DNA from: a virus
Lineage: Duplodnaviria > Caudoviricetes
Reading direction: 5' to 3' (one strand)
Virus record (IMG/VR): IMGVR_UViG_3300049491_000829
Coordinates: 126-64,125 of that record
Length of the DNA stretch: 64,000 bases
A model generated the notes under the pieces. It saw only the letters and a list, made by a program, of their open reading frames with translations. It was not told the DNA's origin and ran no database searches. Positions 1 through 9,440 of the stretch are shown piece by piece (positions within the stretch are counted from its first letter, which is position 1; each line of letters begins with the position of its first letter). A program made the position numbers and the translations under genes.

Positions 1-235
1 ACTTAAGTAGCTTACAGAGCAATATAGAGGAAGATTGCACAGTTAAGCATTTCTCAAACACGATCGCGCTTTGAAATGTATTTCGCGATCGCAAATAATT
101 CAATCAAGAAGGTCAATGTTCCGCGTCGGGCGCGAATGTGAATTTTGCGACATGCAGAAAAGCTAAGAAGACGTGTCAATGTGCTTGCATGATAGAATAG
201 TCGTTGACGCAAGTTTACAAGCTTTAAAAAAGAAT

Positions 236-418
236 ATGGCTATGAAAAAATGGGCGGTTTATTGAATCACCATGAGTCTTGCTCAAATAGAACAAAACAA
301 ACTAGCTGACGAGTGCGATCGTGCTGGGCGATTAATGACTGATATTTTACGCGAATTGATTAGAGTACATTTACTTAGTAGTTCTAACTCTTCCGTAGAC
401 GGATTAAGCAATAATTAA
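236..418 (+). pseudogene. Cyanobacterial CopG/RHH-type regulator interrupted by an in-frame TGA
   Basis: Manual translation MAMKKWAVY*ITMSLAQIEQNKLADECDRAGRLMTDILRELIR resembles cyanobacterial RHH proteins (KKWAV.RIT..L...GR..TD..RELIR); stop at 263-265. Confidence 0.55.
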
Positions 419-659
419 GAAATGAAAAAAATTTGCACGACAAAAAACCTTGTAGATACTCATCTGCAAGATTTTGAGTTAGCCAATGCTGTATAGCTTT
501 GTTGCTCAGTTGAGCCAAAAGTTCAAATTATCTGTTTTATCCCCATTAAGGATTAAGCGCGATCGCGAATTGACTTAGGGAAACTTTTCTCTAAGTTGTA
601 GTTTCAACCCAGTCTATTGCAAATGCTTTCCCCTTGTCTGTTTCACCCTTGTTTAAGGA

Positions 660-911
660 TTGAGCGCGATCGCCTCTCTACGAGAATTGACTAAGCAAAA
701 AGTAGAACTTCGACAAGGTAAATTTTTCTTTATCGAAGCCAAAAATACTACTCAAACCTGTCATTGCTGCCAGCAGATATTAACGAAACCTATTTCACCG
801 CAAGAGTCTTTCTACTGCGAAAACTCAAAGTGTGACATGTATAACAAAGAACAGCATCCAGATATTAACGCTGCTAAGTATATTAAATCTTTTGCGATTG
901 ACCAAGTTTGA
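660..911 (+). pseudogene. tnpB: IS200/IS605 TnpB C-terminal zinc-ribbon remnant
   Basis: TTQTCHCC...FYC...C...HPDINAAKYI matches the TnpB Zn ribbon and RuvC-III (D.NAA.NI); most of the protein is missing. Confidence 0.7.
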
Positions 912-1015
912 CTTAGGGAAAAGTTTCTCTAAGTCAAAAAGAAAGCGATCGCGGGTTGAGTCGCGATCGCGTGATGTGTTTGACTAAGGTTAAAGCGAGA
1001 TAGGAAGTTAGATAG

Positions 1016-1480
1016 TTAAACTACGTCGATTGAGACAGTACCAGGTAATCCGATGGTATCGGGAGTTGGATTGATTTCAATTTCATCAATACTATCAGGG
1101 GCAGGAACGGTATCAACTGGCGCAGGTGTAGGAGTTGGTTCCGTAGGCTGTTCTGGTGATGGAACAGTAGGAACAAGTTGCAATACAGCGTCTTTAGCTT
1201 TAGCTACTTGTTCCGTGTTGTTATTGAGAAGCGCGATCGCTTCTTCTATCTGCTGTGTAGAGGCTGCGCCATTTTTTGCGTCTTCCAGAGCTTTGAGGAT
1301 TTGGGGCGCGACACTGTTTACCGCGTCGTGAACACCTGCGATCGCGAGTCCATTTTTTTCGATTGCTTGAAGCAACTGTTTTTGAGTTGTCATGATTAAT
1401 TTTTTAAGATTTTCTACTTCGTTTTTCTTTGGTTTCCGAGACATAAAATCTTTGAACCAGGTTAGTAAAAAAGCAAACAT
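1016..1480 (-). CDS. Hypothetical protein, coiled coil with Pro/Thr-rich tail
   Basis: 154-aa ORF; start uncertain. Confidence 0.55.
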   Translation of the reverse strand: MFAFLLTWFKDFMSRKPKKNEVENLKKLIMTTQKQLLQAIEKNGLAIAGVHDAVNSVAPQILKALEDAKNGAASTQQIEEAIALLNNNTEQVAKAKDAVLQLVPTVPSPEQPTEPTPTPAPVDTVPAPDSIDEIEINPTPDTIGLPGTVSIDVV

Positions 1481-1532
1481 GCGAGTGTTAGTTTTGCTTA
1501 AATGGTAGCATCAATAATAAAAGGAATTCAAC

Positions 1533-1715
1533 ATGTATCAAGAATACAAAGGAATATTGATTGAAATTTATCCAGGACATTGCGACAATGAATCAGAGCA
1601 GTATTTCTGGGCTGCTTTTGGAATTAATTATTTAGGCGATCGCTTTATTTCTCCTGAAGCAGCGCTTTTTGCAGCGATGCAAGACATCGACATTAATCGT
1701 CTAGATTGTACGTAA
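1533..1715 (+). CDS. Small hypothetical protein
   Basis: 60-aa ORF with AAGGA RBS upstream. Confidence 0.5.
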   Translation: MYQEYKGILIEIYPGHCDNESEQYFWAAFGINYLGDRFISPEAALFAAMQDIDINRLDCT

Positions 1716-4392
1716 TTGAAGCGCGATCGCTGGCATCATCTGCTGTGCTAATTACCGCGTTTTTGGTATCAAGCAAATTTCTAAAAGTTGTAGTATTTTC
1801 TGTTTGAGAAACTTTTCCACCAAGTACGGAAGAAAAGAGACGAATTAACTTTTTAATTGACCAGTTTGCATCAATTTCTGTTAGGAGTAAAGCTGCAATT
1901 ATTGTTGTAGCAGTAGGAGGATTAACGTAATTTGCAGCTTTCAAAGTATTTTCTAACAAAGTGCGATCGCTTCCAAGAAATCCACCATTAACATTGACTT
2001 GCAAATCACTGGCAACAGCACGTGTGGAAATCTTAACGTCCGCGTTTGTGAGGATAGACGCGATTGCATTGTTGTTAGGAGCAACATAATCAGATGAGTT
2101 AAGCTTTGATTGCAAAGCTGTGCGATCGCTTGTCGTAAATCCTCCAGTAATTTGCACATCGCTAGGAGCCGCACGGGTAGAAGTTTTAACGTCAACCTTA
2201 TCAAGAACTGCTGCTAGCCCAGTTAAAACGGGCGTGAGGTCAGAAACCCCACCAGTGCCAGTCACGACAACGACTTGATTAGTAGGCAAATCGACGAATC
2301 TACCATTAAAACTATCTAAAAGTCTTCTAGGTGAGTCGTAGCCTTGATGTACAATTTCACCAACTATATACGGTCGATTATTTGCAGCATTTGTATCAGC
2401 AGCTTTTATTTTTAATAAAGTATTATTTGCAAAAATTATTTGGTTATTTTCAAAGCGAACTGGTACGGAAATATCGAATGCTTGATTGTCAATATTTCCT
2501 GATTGAAACTTTTCTATAGCTGCAATAAGAGCGTTAGCTGAAATATTCGGAGCTATGGGATTATAGGCAATAACAAATTGTTTTGATGCATAGTCGAAAG
2601 TTACGCAATCAATTTCTGTTTGGGGCGCAGTAATAATCAAATCAGTACCGTCAGGATTCTTAATGCGGGGGAGAGATATTTCTAAGATTGTATCCCCCGC
2701 TTTAATTGTTTGTGGATTCGAGCGAATATACAAATAATCATCGGCAATTACTTGATAATCTTTAGCGGGGTCAATCTTCGCGATCGCAATCCCTGTATTT
2801 GGCACTGTTATATATACCGATGTTCCACCAACAATATCTGTAAGCTTGATTTTGGCAGTTCCCGTAGTTGGTAAACCTGTAAAAACAAACCCTAAACCAG
2901 TGCTATCAATAACAGGAATGGCGATCGCGCCCGTCCCAGTTACCGATACAATCCCAGTTGTTTTAATCGATGTATACTTACTCGATTTTGAAATATTTCC
3001 ACCATTGCCAACAACTATATTGATGTTGCCAAAATTAGCTACCAGTCCATCTTTGGTAACTGGTTTATGATTCCTGGTGATATGGAAAGCTTGGGCATTG
3101 TTCGCGATCGCCTGGGAAAAAAGCCAGTCAACAATCTCAGATAAAGTTCTATTTTCGGTAATTGTTAAAGTGCTGCTGACAAGATTTAAAGATAATCCTG
3201 TGTACGCGATCGCAGTCGCTTCATTTGCAGTAACCTCACTTAATAATTCTGATTCTGCAAGTATCGGTATGCCGTCAAATCCCTTGTTGTCATTGCGGGG
3301 GTTGATGTTCAGTTGTTGGAATAAATACCCATATTTGCAAAGATATAAATCGTATAATCCATAATTAGTCCAATTTAATTCTAAATCTCCACGTACATTA
3401 TGAGGCTTTACGGATTGGATTAATTTCAGAGAAAATTTACCAGTCACATCAGTGAAACCGCTTTGCTGTCCGTTCGAGTTTTTGCGAATTATTAAAACTT
3501 TGGTATCTGCGATCGCGCTTCCAGATTTAATCTTATGTTCTATTTTTAAAGTTCTTTGCAGCCACAGAAAACCTCCATAAACTTGATTGTTGTTATCTTT
3601 TGGAGCTACGAAGGGTTGTAGTGAATCTTCAATATATACGTTGTCGTTTGCATCGCCTAAGTAAGTGTCCAGATATTGCCCTGCATATCCCGTCACAGTC
3701 ATATTGATAGCCGTGTTTATTGCTTCCCCATTCACCCTGTATGGTGCTGTGTTGATGTTGTAGATGTTGTGTTTACCAAAACTTGGAAGCTGTACAAGCG
3801 CTTCTACACCAACTTCAAAGCCATCAATTACAGCATTTTCGTCTAGAAAAATATTAGGTGATGCAAAATGATTGTATCCATTTCCACTGATATATGTGCC
3901 ATATAATCCTATATCTGCATTAACAGATATGTCCATGTCGTGTCTAGTTGCCGACTGGTTTCTAAATCCTCCACCATACATTCGCAATTTACCAGCAGTT
4001 CCTAAACCGTCGGTATTTCTAGTAGTTGCGTTGCTGTAAGAATCAGAAGATGAGTAAACAGCGCCCTCGCAAGTAATGAAAACCTGTCCTGTATATTCGG
4101 GCGTTAGATTTTTTATTTCCCGCTTACCTAGTGTCACATCAGCGCTCGTACCAGCTAAAACTATCCACGCTTGGTTACGCAAAATTATGTATCTAAACCC
4201 GGCTCTTTCTTCTTTGAGCGTGCATCGCAGTACCAGGGATATAGCACCAGTTAAAACATAAAAATTACCAGACGAACCCGTTGTATTTATACTTGGTAGT
4301 TGTGACCAAACCTCATCCAGACTGTTGCCGCTACCTGTAGCCACCAAAGCAGATCGAGAACCAAAAGTTTGTGATGTAATTGTGATAGGCAT
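1693..4392 (-). CDS. Large virion-associated or tail-appendage protein
   Basis: 899 aa, beta-rich, internal repeats (VDVKTSTRA/ADVKISTRA), C-terminal TTTFRNL.DTKN.V..T.D phage motif; late-gene strand. Confidence 0.6.
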   Translation of the reverse strand: MPITITSQTFGSRSALVATGSGNSLDEVWSQLPSINTTGSSGNFYVLTGAISLVLRCTLKEERAGFRYIILRNQAWIVLAGTSADVTLGKREIKNLTPEYTGQVFITCEGAVYSSSDSYSNATTRNTDGLGTAGKLRMYGGGFRNQSATRHDMDISVNADIGLYGTYISGNGYNHFASPNIFLDENAVIDGFEVGVEALVQLPSFGKHNIYNINTAPYRVNGEAINTAINMTVTGYAGQYLDTYLGDANDNVYIEDSLQPFVAPKDNNNQVYGGFLWLQRTLKIEHKIKSGSAIADTKVLIIRKNSNGQQSGFTDVTGKFSLKLIQSVKPHNVRGDLELNWTNYGLYDLYLCKYGYLFQQLNINPRNDNKGFDGIPILAESELLSEVTANEATAIAYTGLSLNLVSSTLTITENRTLSEIVDWLFSQAIANNAQAFHITRNHKPVTKDGLVANFGNINIVVGNGGNISKSSKYTSIKTTGIVSVTGTGAIAIPVIDSTGLGFVFTGLPTTGTAKIKLTDIVGGTSVYITVPNTGIAIAKIDPAKDYQVIADDYLYIRSNPQTIKAGDTILEISLPRIKNPDGTDLIITAPQTEIDCVTFDYASKQFVIAYNPIAPNISANALIAAIEKFQSGNIDNQAFDISVPVRFENNQIIFANNTLLKIKAADTNAANNRPYIVGEIVHQGYDSPRRLLDSFNGRFVDLPTNQVVVVTGTGGVSDLTPVLTGLAAVLDKVDVKTSTRAAPSDVQITGGFTTSDRTALQSKLNSSDYVAPNNNAIASILTNADVKISTRAVASDLQVNVNGGFLGSDRTLLENTLKAANYVNPPTATTIIAALLLTEIDANWSIKKLIRLFSSVLGGKVSQTENTTTFRNLLDTKNAVISTADDASDRASITYNLDD

Positions 4393-4393
4393 A

Positions 4394-4666
4394 TCAATAA
4401 ATTTTAAAAATTCCTCTTGCAGCAGCTTGAATGGAGCCTAGCGACTGAATCGTATAAATGTAATCATCTGGGATTACATTTAAAGTTGAAAATTCATACT
4501 CAAACTTTTCCTCATTAACAATCCTACTCATCGCCCCAGACGCGATCGCAACTCCTGTACTATTTTTGATAGTTATATCAGCACTTGTCGGGAAAACAGA
4601 AACTCCCTCAAGCGTATGGAATTTTGCTTGTATAACTATTACATTTCCAGCAACAACACTAATCAT
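4394..4666 (-). CDS. Small Ig-like/BppU-like structural protein
   Basis: 90 aa, beta-rich, tightly packed with neighbours. Confidence 0.5.
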   Translation of the reverse strand: MISVVAGNVIVIQAKFHTLEGVSVFPTSADITIKNSTGVAIASGAMSRIVNEEKFEYEFSTLNVIPDDYIYTIQSLGSIQAAARGIFKIY

Positions 4667-4964
4667 GATTACATGTTTGAATAACGGCTTTGATTAAATA
4701 AGGACTAGCTGCGATCGCAGTAACACTAACTTTTGCTTTAGCTTTGTTGTTTGCATAATAACTTTGATTCTCACTTGCTTTGATAAAATAGCTTTGTCTT
4801 TCTGTGACTTGAGCGAAGCTTGTTTGAGACTCGTTACAACAAACTGAATATTTAATAAAAACAGAATGCTTGATGCAACCCGCGATCGCAGTTGGATTAG
4901 ACTTTAGGAAATAACCCCAAGTAAAATATTTGCTGGAAAAATGTTTTAAATTAAACATGAGCAA
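4659..4964 (-). CDS. Hypothetical protein
   Basis: 101-aa ORF in operon. Confidence 0.45.
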   Translation of the reverse strand: MLMFNLKHFSSKYFTWGYFLKSNPTAIAGCIKHSVFIKYSVCCNESQTSFAQVTERQSYFIKASENQSYYANNKAKAKVSVTAIAASPYLIKAVIQTCNHD

Positions 4965-4967
4965 TTG

Positions 4968-5264
4968 TTAACTTGGCTTTGGTCTATCCGCTAATATTTT
5001 CAAAATTGCGGCTTCAACAAGATCGGAGATTTTAACTGCTTGCTGCTTAGGCACAAACTGATGCGCGATCGCGTATACATCAATTGGACAATCCCCCAAA
5101 GGCAAAGATTCTAGAAAAAGAAAAGCCTCGTCATAAGTAAAAGCGTATAAAAAGCCAGTTTCAACGCTGTGATAGATGTGTCCTTGCTGATTTCCAATCG
5201 CCCCAATTGTCAGATTGTCTCCTTTTACTAGGATTTCTCCTGTTGCTTTTATTTTGTATCGCAT
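4968..5264 (-). CDS. Hypothetical protein
   Basis: 98-aa ORF in operon. Confidence 0.55.
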   Translation of the reverse strand: MRYKIKATGEILVKGDNLTIGAIGNQQGHIYHSVETGFLYAFTYDEAFLFLESLPLGDCPIDVYAIAHQFVPKQQAVKISDLVEAAILKILADRPKPS

Positions 5265-5317
5265 TTCATGTCCTGCAAATATAGTTACTGACTTAGAGAA
5301 ACTTTTCCCTAAGTCAA

Positions 5318-5557
5318 TTACATTAAATCGTTGTCAATATCAACTTTATCAATCTGACTATTAGTTATTTGCGATCGCCCGCTTGATTGAGTTGCTGCCC
5401 CTGCGGCTCCTGTAATCGCTCCTACAGCCATGTTGCTAATTAATCCGAATCTATCTGCTGAAATAGCCTCGCTTTTTAAAATTGCAACTATTGCGATCGC
5501 ACCTCCCATGACTCCTAAAAGTAAGGGTGTAATTGCTCTAATAATCTCGCTGTTCAT
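5318..5557 (-). CDS. Small two-TM membrane protein, holin candidate
   Basis: Two hydrophobic segments and a charged C-terminus. Confidence 0.5.
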   Translation of the reverse strand: MNSEIIRAITPLLLGVMGGAIAIVAILKSEAISADRFGLISNMAVGAITGAAGAATQSSGRSQITNSQIDKVDIDNDLM

Positions 5558-5608
5558 GAGTAAAAACCCGGAATAATATAGATAGTAATTGTGAACTAGT
5601 ATACAAGA

Positions 5609-6406
5609 ATGGATGCTGTTTTTTTGTTAGCGCAAAAGCATTGGCGAATACTTTCAGTTTTAATCCTTTGGTTAAACCTTGCATTTTTTCTACATTTAAT
5701 TGGTAAACGTCTGGAAAAAATCAACAGCGACAAGTTAATTCTATCTTGGTTGTCTGAGATTGGATCGGACATCAGGCTATACGGAATTGTCACGTCGTTA
5801 AGTTTGACTATCGCTTATGCTTCAAGCGTATACAGTAATTATCTTGCTTGGCTGTCCAGACTAAGTTCAGTGCTAGCAAAAGTCAGCGCATTATTTTGGC
5901 TCGTACTCGTCGCGATCGCATTCACTGAAACTGCTGCGCCGCATTTTTCAAGAATTATTACTCGCAGTCAGATGAATCAAATTGACAAACGGAACGCACT
6001 AACTCTCATTCCTTTATCTGCAAGTAGCGCAAAAGTAATAATTTATATTCTTGCTTTTATATTTGGATTGGGAGCATTCGGGGTTGATATATCCCCATTG
6101 CTGAATATGAGTACGGTCGCGATCGCAATATTTGGCTTTGCAGGTGCAGAAACTTTTAAAGATATATTAGCCTCGTTAAAAATTTTTATTGACAGACTTT
6201 ACTACGTCGGTTCAATTGTAGAAGTTAGTACAGATGGACTATGCAAATACGAGGGACAGTTAAAAGGCACAATTACTAAAATTACACTGTTTAATACAAC
6301 TATTCAATTAGAAAAGTCAGCAACTTTTAGTAAGTCGCTGACAGTAGCAAACGGTGCAATCCGAAGTATTATTGTATATCAAGAAAATATCAAGTCACGT
6401 GAATAG
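5609..6406 (+). CDS. MscS-family mechanosensitive channel-like membrane protein
   Basis: Several TMs, then FGVDISPLL...IFGFAGAETFKDILASLKIFIDRLYYVGSIVEV...GTITKITLFNTTI...VANG, the MscS TM3/beta-domain pattern. Confidence 0.75.
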   Translation: MDAVFLLAQKHWRILSVLILWLNLAFFLHLIGKRLEKINSDKLILSWLSEIGSDIRLYGIVTSLSLTIAYASSVYSNYLAWLSRLSSVLAKVSALFWLVLVAIAFTETAAPHFSRIITRSQMNQIDKRNALTLIPLSASSAKVIIYILAFIFGLGAFGVDISPLLNMSTVAIAIFGFAGAETFKDILASLKIFIDRLYYVGSIVEVSTDGLCKYEGQLKGTITKITLFNTTIQLEKSATFSKSLTVANGAIRSIIVYQENIKSRE

Positions 6407-7384
6407 CATGATGTGTTGCAAGACTGCGCGATACAAATTAACTGGTACTGCATTACCTAGCGCTGCACCATCTACTAAGTTTATTCCTGAGAATTGATAC
6501 CAATTAGGCAAAGTTTGCAACCCTGCAACATCCTGAATCGACAGCGATCGCGTTATGCCATTTACCCAAATATCTAAGAAATTTTGACGACTAGCACCTT
6601 TACCATCACTAAACATAGATTTGGTAATTGTAAAACACGGCTCAAATTGATGCCGAATTTTTATTGTGTCGTTACGCTTACCAATTCGTTGAATCAAAAA
6701 CGCTTGAGTTGTCGGATACATTTGCAATTCAACGTCAATATCTTTTTGCTGAGTCGCAGTCAGCTTAGATAGTTTCATTTGCGCTATGCGATCGCCTAAT
6801 ACGCTCCACCAGCCCAAACGAGGACGACGCGCAGGCAATCCCAACACTCGTCCCTCTCTGTCCGCAATTACGATCATTCTCTCTCTGTCCTGCGGTACAT
6901 CATAATCATGGGCGTTTGCGATGCCAAATGTCACCCCATAGCCCAGTTCAATCAAGGCAGTTTTAATCATTTCCCAAGACTGCGATCGCGCATAGCCTGG
7001 GACTTGCTCTAGCGTGAAAAACCTTGGACGCTTTAATTGCAAAAATCTGATTGTTGAATACGCCATTGCAAAGTCCCGTTCTAACTCCATCGCATCAGTT
7101 TTTGCAGCAGAATAATTTTGACAAGGCAGCGAGATATGCCCAATCATTGGCTCATTTTCAATAAATCTAAAATCCAATCTCGCCGCATCTTGAATACTGC
7201 CTCGAAATAAATTGCAGCCGTATTGCTTAAAGTTTTTATCGTGCAAGTCCGCGATCGCGCTACTCAACGCTGGATTTTCTGGATCGAACTCCACTGCATT
7301 TGTATAGTGCAATCCTTCTTCAATAAAGGCTGCACCAATTCCACCACCACCACTGCAAAAATCTATAACACTACTATTTTGCAT
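6395..7384 (-). CDS. C5-cytosine DNA methyltransferase with canonical motif X
   Basis: Motifs I DFCSGGGG, IV LPCQ, VI EQV, VIII QDRER, X LGNAVP. Confidence 0.88.
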   Translation of the reverse strand: MQNSSVIDFCSGGGGIGAAFIEEGLHYTNAVEFDPENPALSSAIADLHDKNFKQYGCNLFRGSIQDAARLDFRFIENEPMIGHISLPCQNYSAAKTDAMELERDFAMAYSTIRFLQLKRPRFFTLEQVPGYARSQSWEMIKTALIELGYGVTFGIANAHDYDVPQDRERMIVIADREGRVLGLPARRPRLGWWSVLGDRIAQMKLSKLTATQQKDIDVELQMYPTTQAFLIQRIGKRNDTIKIRHQFEPCFTITKSMFSDGKGASRQNFLDIWVNGITRSLSIQDVAGLQTLPNWYQFSGINLVDGAALGNAVPVNLYRAVLQHIMLFT

Positions 7385-7407
7385 ATAAGTTACTCATAAC
7401 TTACTTA

Positions 7408-7436
7408 AGTATGTCGCACCTGACATACTATGTCAA
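7408..7436 (-). promoter_or_regulatory. Sigma70-type promoter containing the TATGTC-N6-GACATA operator
   Basis: TTGACA-17-CATACT on the minus strand upstream of the MTase. Confidence 0.75.
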
Positions 7437-7496
7437 TGCATCGCTTGACTTAGAGAAAAGTTTCCCTAAGTCAAATTCAACGTCAAGTTACTGCCG

Positions 7497-8510
7497 CTAC
7501 ACGGGCAGAACTGTTGCTCGATTGCTATTTCTCAACGGTGGTCTTCCTGTCTCCATGCATCTATACATGTGGTCAAATGCTGGAGAAATGACAAGCGGGT
7601 CAGTTGGCTTTTTAATATTGCTGTTGTCAGTAAAATAGCCATGTCCAAGCTTGTCAAATAGCATACTGAATTCTGAGCAATCTAAGTCATATACGTTCTT
7701 TGGAGTTTGACTTAGATTCTCAGTGCCAGTGTGCCCTAGCCTTCTGCCTGCTATGTCGCGATCGCCTGGGGCGTTTCTACCAACGTTGATAACTTTAGAC
7801 CCCCTGAGAGCTAAATCATCCATTGCTGAATAAACACAACAGTTTCTAGTTGAATAAGGTATCAATTCCCCTTCTTGTCCGCGTTCTAGTATTTGATTTG
7901 GTAAGTCAGCAGCAACTAAGAAAATATTGCGGAAAATCATTGGTAATTGCGGTATGTTGTAATGTTTTTTTAAATCTAAGTAAGCTTGGCGCAAAACACG
8001 ATTACCCATTGAATGGGCGAGTAAATTTAGTCGCACTGTACAAGGCTCGTAACCCTGCATCGTAGTTTCTGGGCGAGTTTGCCAGTCTAGAAACATCATT
8101 AACAAGCGAGCAAATGCGACACCTGATGAGTCAGAAGTCACTTGATCTGTAATGTATCTTTCTCCCATGTTTACGGGAGAAACTTCACTCGCCCAGATAA
8201 TAGGAATAACCCCGTATGCTCCTGACTTCCTGCTATCTAATAATGATTGAAGTCGTTTAGCACCATTGATTGCAGCTTCAGGAGCAACGTTAAAGCCATG
8301 TATGTAAAACAATAATTGCTGATATCCAGAGATTCGCAAGTTGTTAAATACTGCATCGCTACCTACTTCGTCCATTGCAGTTGTCGTATCGCTGCGATCG
8401 CAGAAGTGCAACGATTGTTGAGCAGTCGAATTGTTCAAGTCAAATTCAACTGCTCTAGGTAAAGTCCCAGACTTACCTTGTTTCATGACTCGATTTGTAA
8501 TAATTAGCAT
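7497..8510 (-). CDS. Alpha/beta hydrolase (DUF900-like esterase)
   Basis: YIHGFN, nucleophile elbow AHSMG, C-terminal HGYF. Confidence 0.8.
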   Translation of the reverse strand: MLIITNRVMKQGKSGTLPRAVEFDLNNSTAQQSLHFCDRSDTTTAMDEVGSDAVFNNLRISGYQQLLFYIHGFNVAPEAAINGAKRLQSLLDSRKSGAYGVIPIIWASEVSPVNMGERYITDQVTSDSSGVAFARLLMMFLDWQTRPETTMQGYEPCTVRLNLLAHSMGNRVLRQAYLDLKKHYNIPQLPMIFRNIFLVAADLPNQILERGQEGELIPYSTRNCCVYSAMDDLALRGSKVINVGRNAPGDRDIAGRRLGHTGTENLSQTPKNVYDLDCSEFSMLFDKLGHGYFTDNSNIKKPTDPLVISPAFDHMYRCMETGRPPLRNSNRATVLPV

Positions 8511-8552
8511 TGCACTTCACGTAGGTTGTTACTAGTAGGATTGTACCATTGC

Positions 8553-9440
8553 TTAAGCAGGTAATCTCCAAACTTGAACAGCAGTATAGTTTTCACGAAC
8601 GCGAGACTGAATCCCGCGAGTTAAATAGACTTGAATCGTAGCTGTTTGTCCTTGTGTCATTTGCAACGGCTCAGGATTAGAGCCATTTAAAGTTATATCT
8701 CCGTATGCACTGTCCGCTTGCTGGATAATTGCAATTTCTTGACTGTTTGAAAAGAGGGATAATTTAACAGCAAGAGCGCTGCTACTGGGCGCTAACGTGT
8801 CAACTCTTGCGGAGACATCAAAAAGATATTGTCCTGTAACTGGTGCTGTAAATACACCTGATGTTGCAAATCCTTCGCCTTTTAAGGATTCAAATGGTAC
8901 GACATAATAAGCGGTATTTCCTGGAATAGCGTAAAGCGCAGTTTTTCTTGCAACTGCGACAGAGACACGCGATCGCGAGTTTGCATAATCGATAGTTGCG
9001 TAATTATCTATGTTGATGGCTGCTGGACGCACCTCGAATAGTGGGTAATTCTGAACGGAAATAATAGCGTTATTCGCGCTGACAACTCTAGCAATTTCAA
9101 GTCCTATTGTCGGGCGATTTGCTGAGACAACAATTGTCCCTAAATCGCTAATCCAAATGATACTTGTCGCGTTATTGGGGACTGTAATTGTACTTGCTGC
9201 GATCGCAACGACAAGTACGCCAATTTTAACGGAACCAGCAGCAACACTTAAATTTAGACCAGCAACGGGCTTAACTTGAAAAGCAGTAGACAACTGACTT
9301 TTTAAATCTGCGACTTGCTGATTTGCTAACGCAAGCGCTTCGTCCAAGCTGGCAATTTTTTGAGCAACTGCATTAATCCATGCCGCGCGAAGATAGTCAG
9401 TATCTTGAGCTACTTGTCCGAGATTGATAATATCTGCCAT
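8553..9440 (-). CDS. Tail fibre or receptor-binding protein with C1q/TNF-like C-terminal domain
   Basis: GVFTAPVTGQYLF motif; downstream of baseplate genes. Confidence 0.65.
   Translation of the reverse strand: MADIINLGQVAQDTDYLRAAWINAVAQKIASLDEALALANQQVADLKSQLSTAFQVKPVAGLNLSVAAGSVKIGVLVVAIAASTITVPNNATSIIWISDLGTIVVSANRPTIGLEIARVVSANNAIISVQNYPLFEVRPAAINIDNYATIDYANSRSRVSVAVARKTALYAIPGNTAYYVVPFESLKGEGFATSGVFTAPVTGQYLFDVSARVDTLAPSSSALAVKLSLFSNSQEIAIIQQADSAYGDITLNGSNPEPLQMTQGQTATIQVYLTRGIQSRVRENYTAVQVWRLPA

Noticed and set aside
236-418. Stop-codon reassignment (TGA readthrough)
   Set aside because: Single case in a decayed region; long genes are open in the standard code and several end in TGA.
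660-911. Active TnpB or Cas12-like nuclease
   Set aside because: Only about 80 C-terminal residues remain; RuvC-I/II and tnpA are absent.
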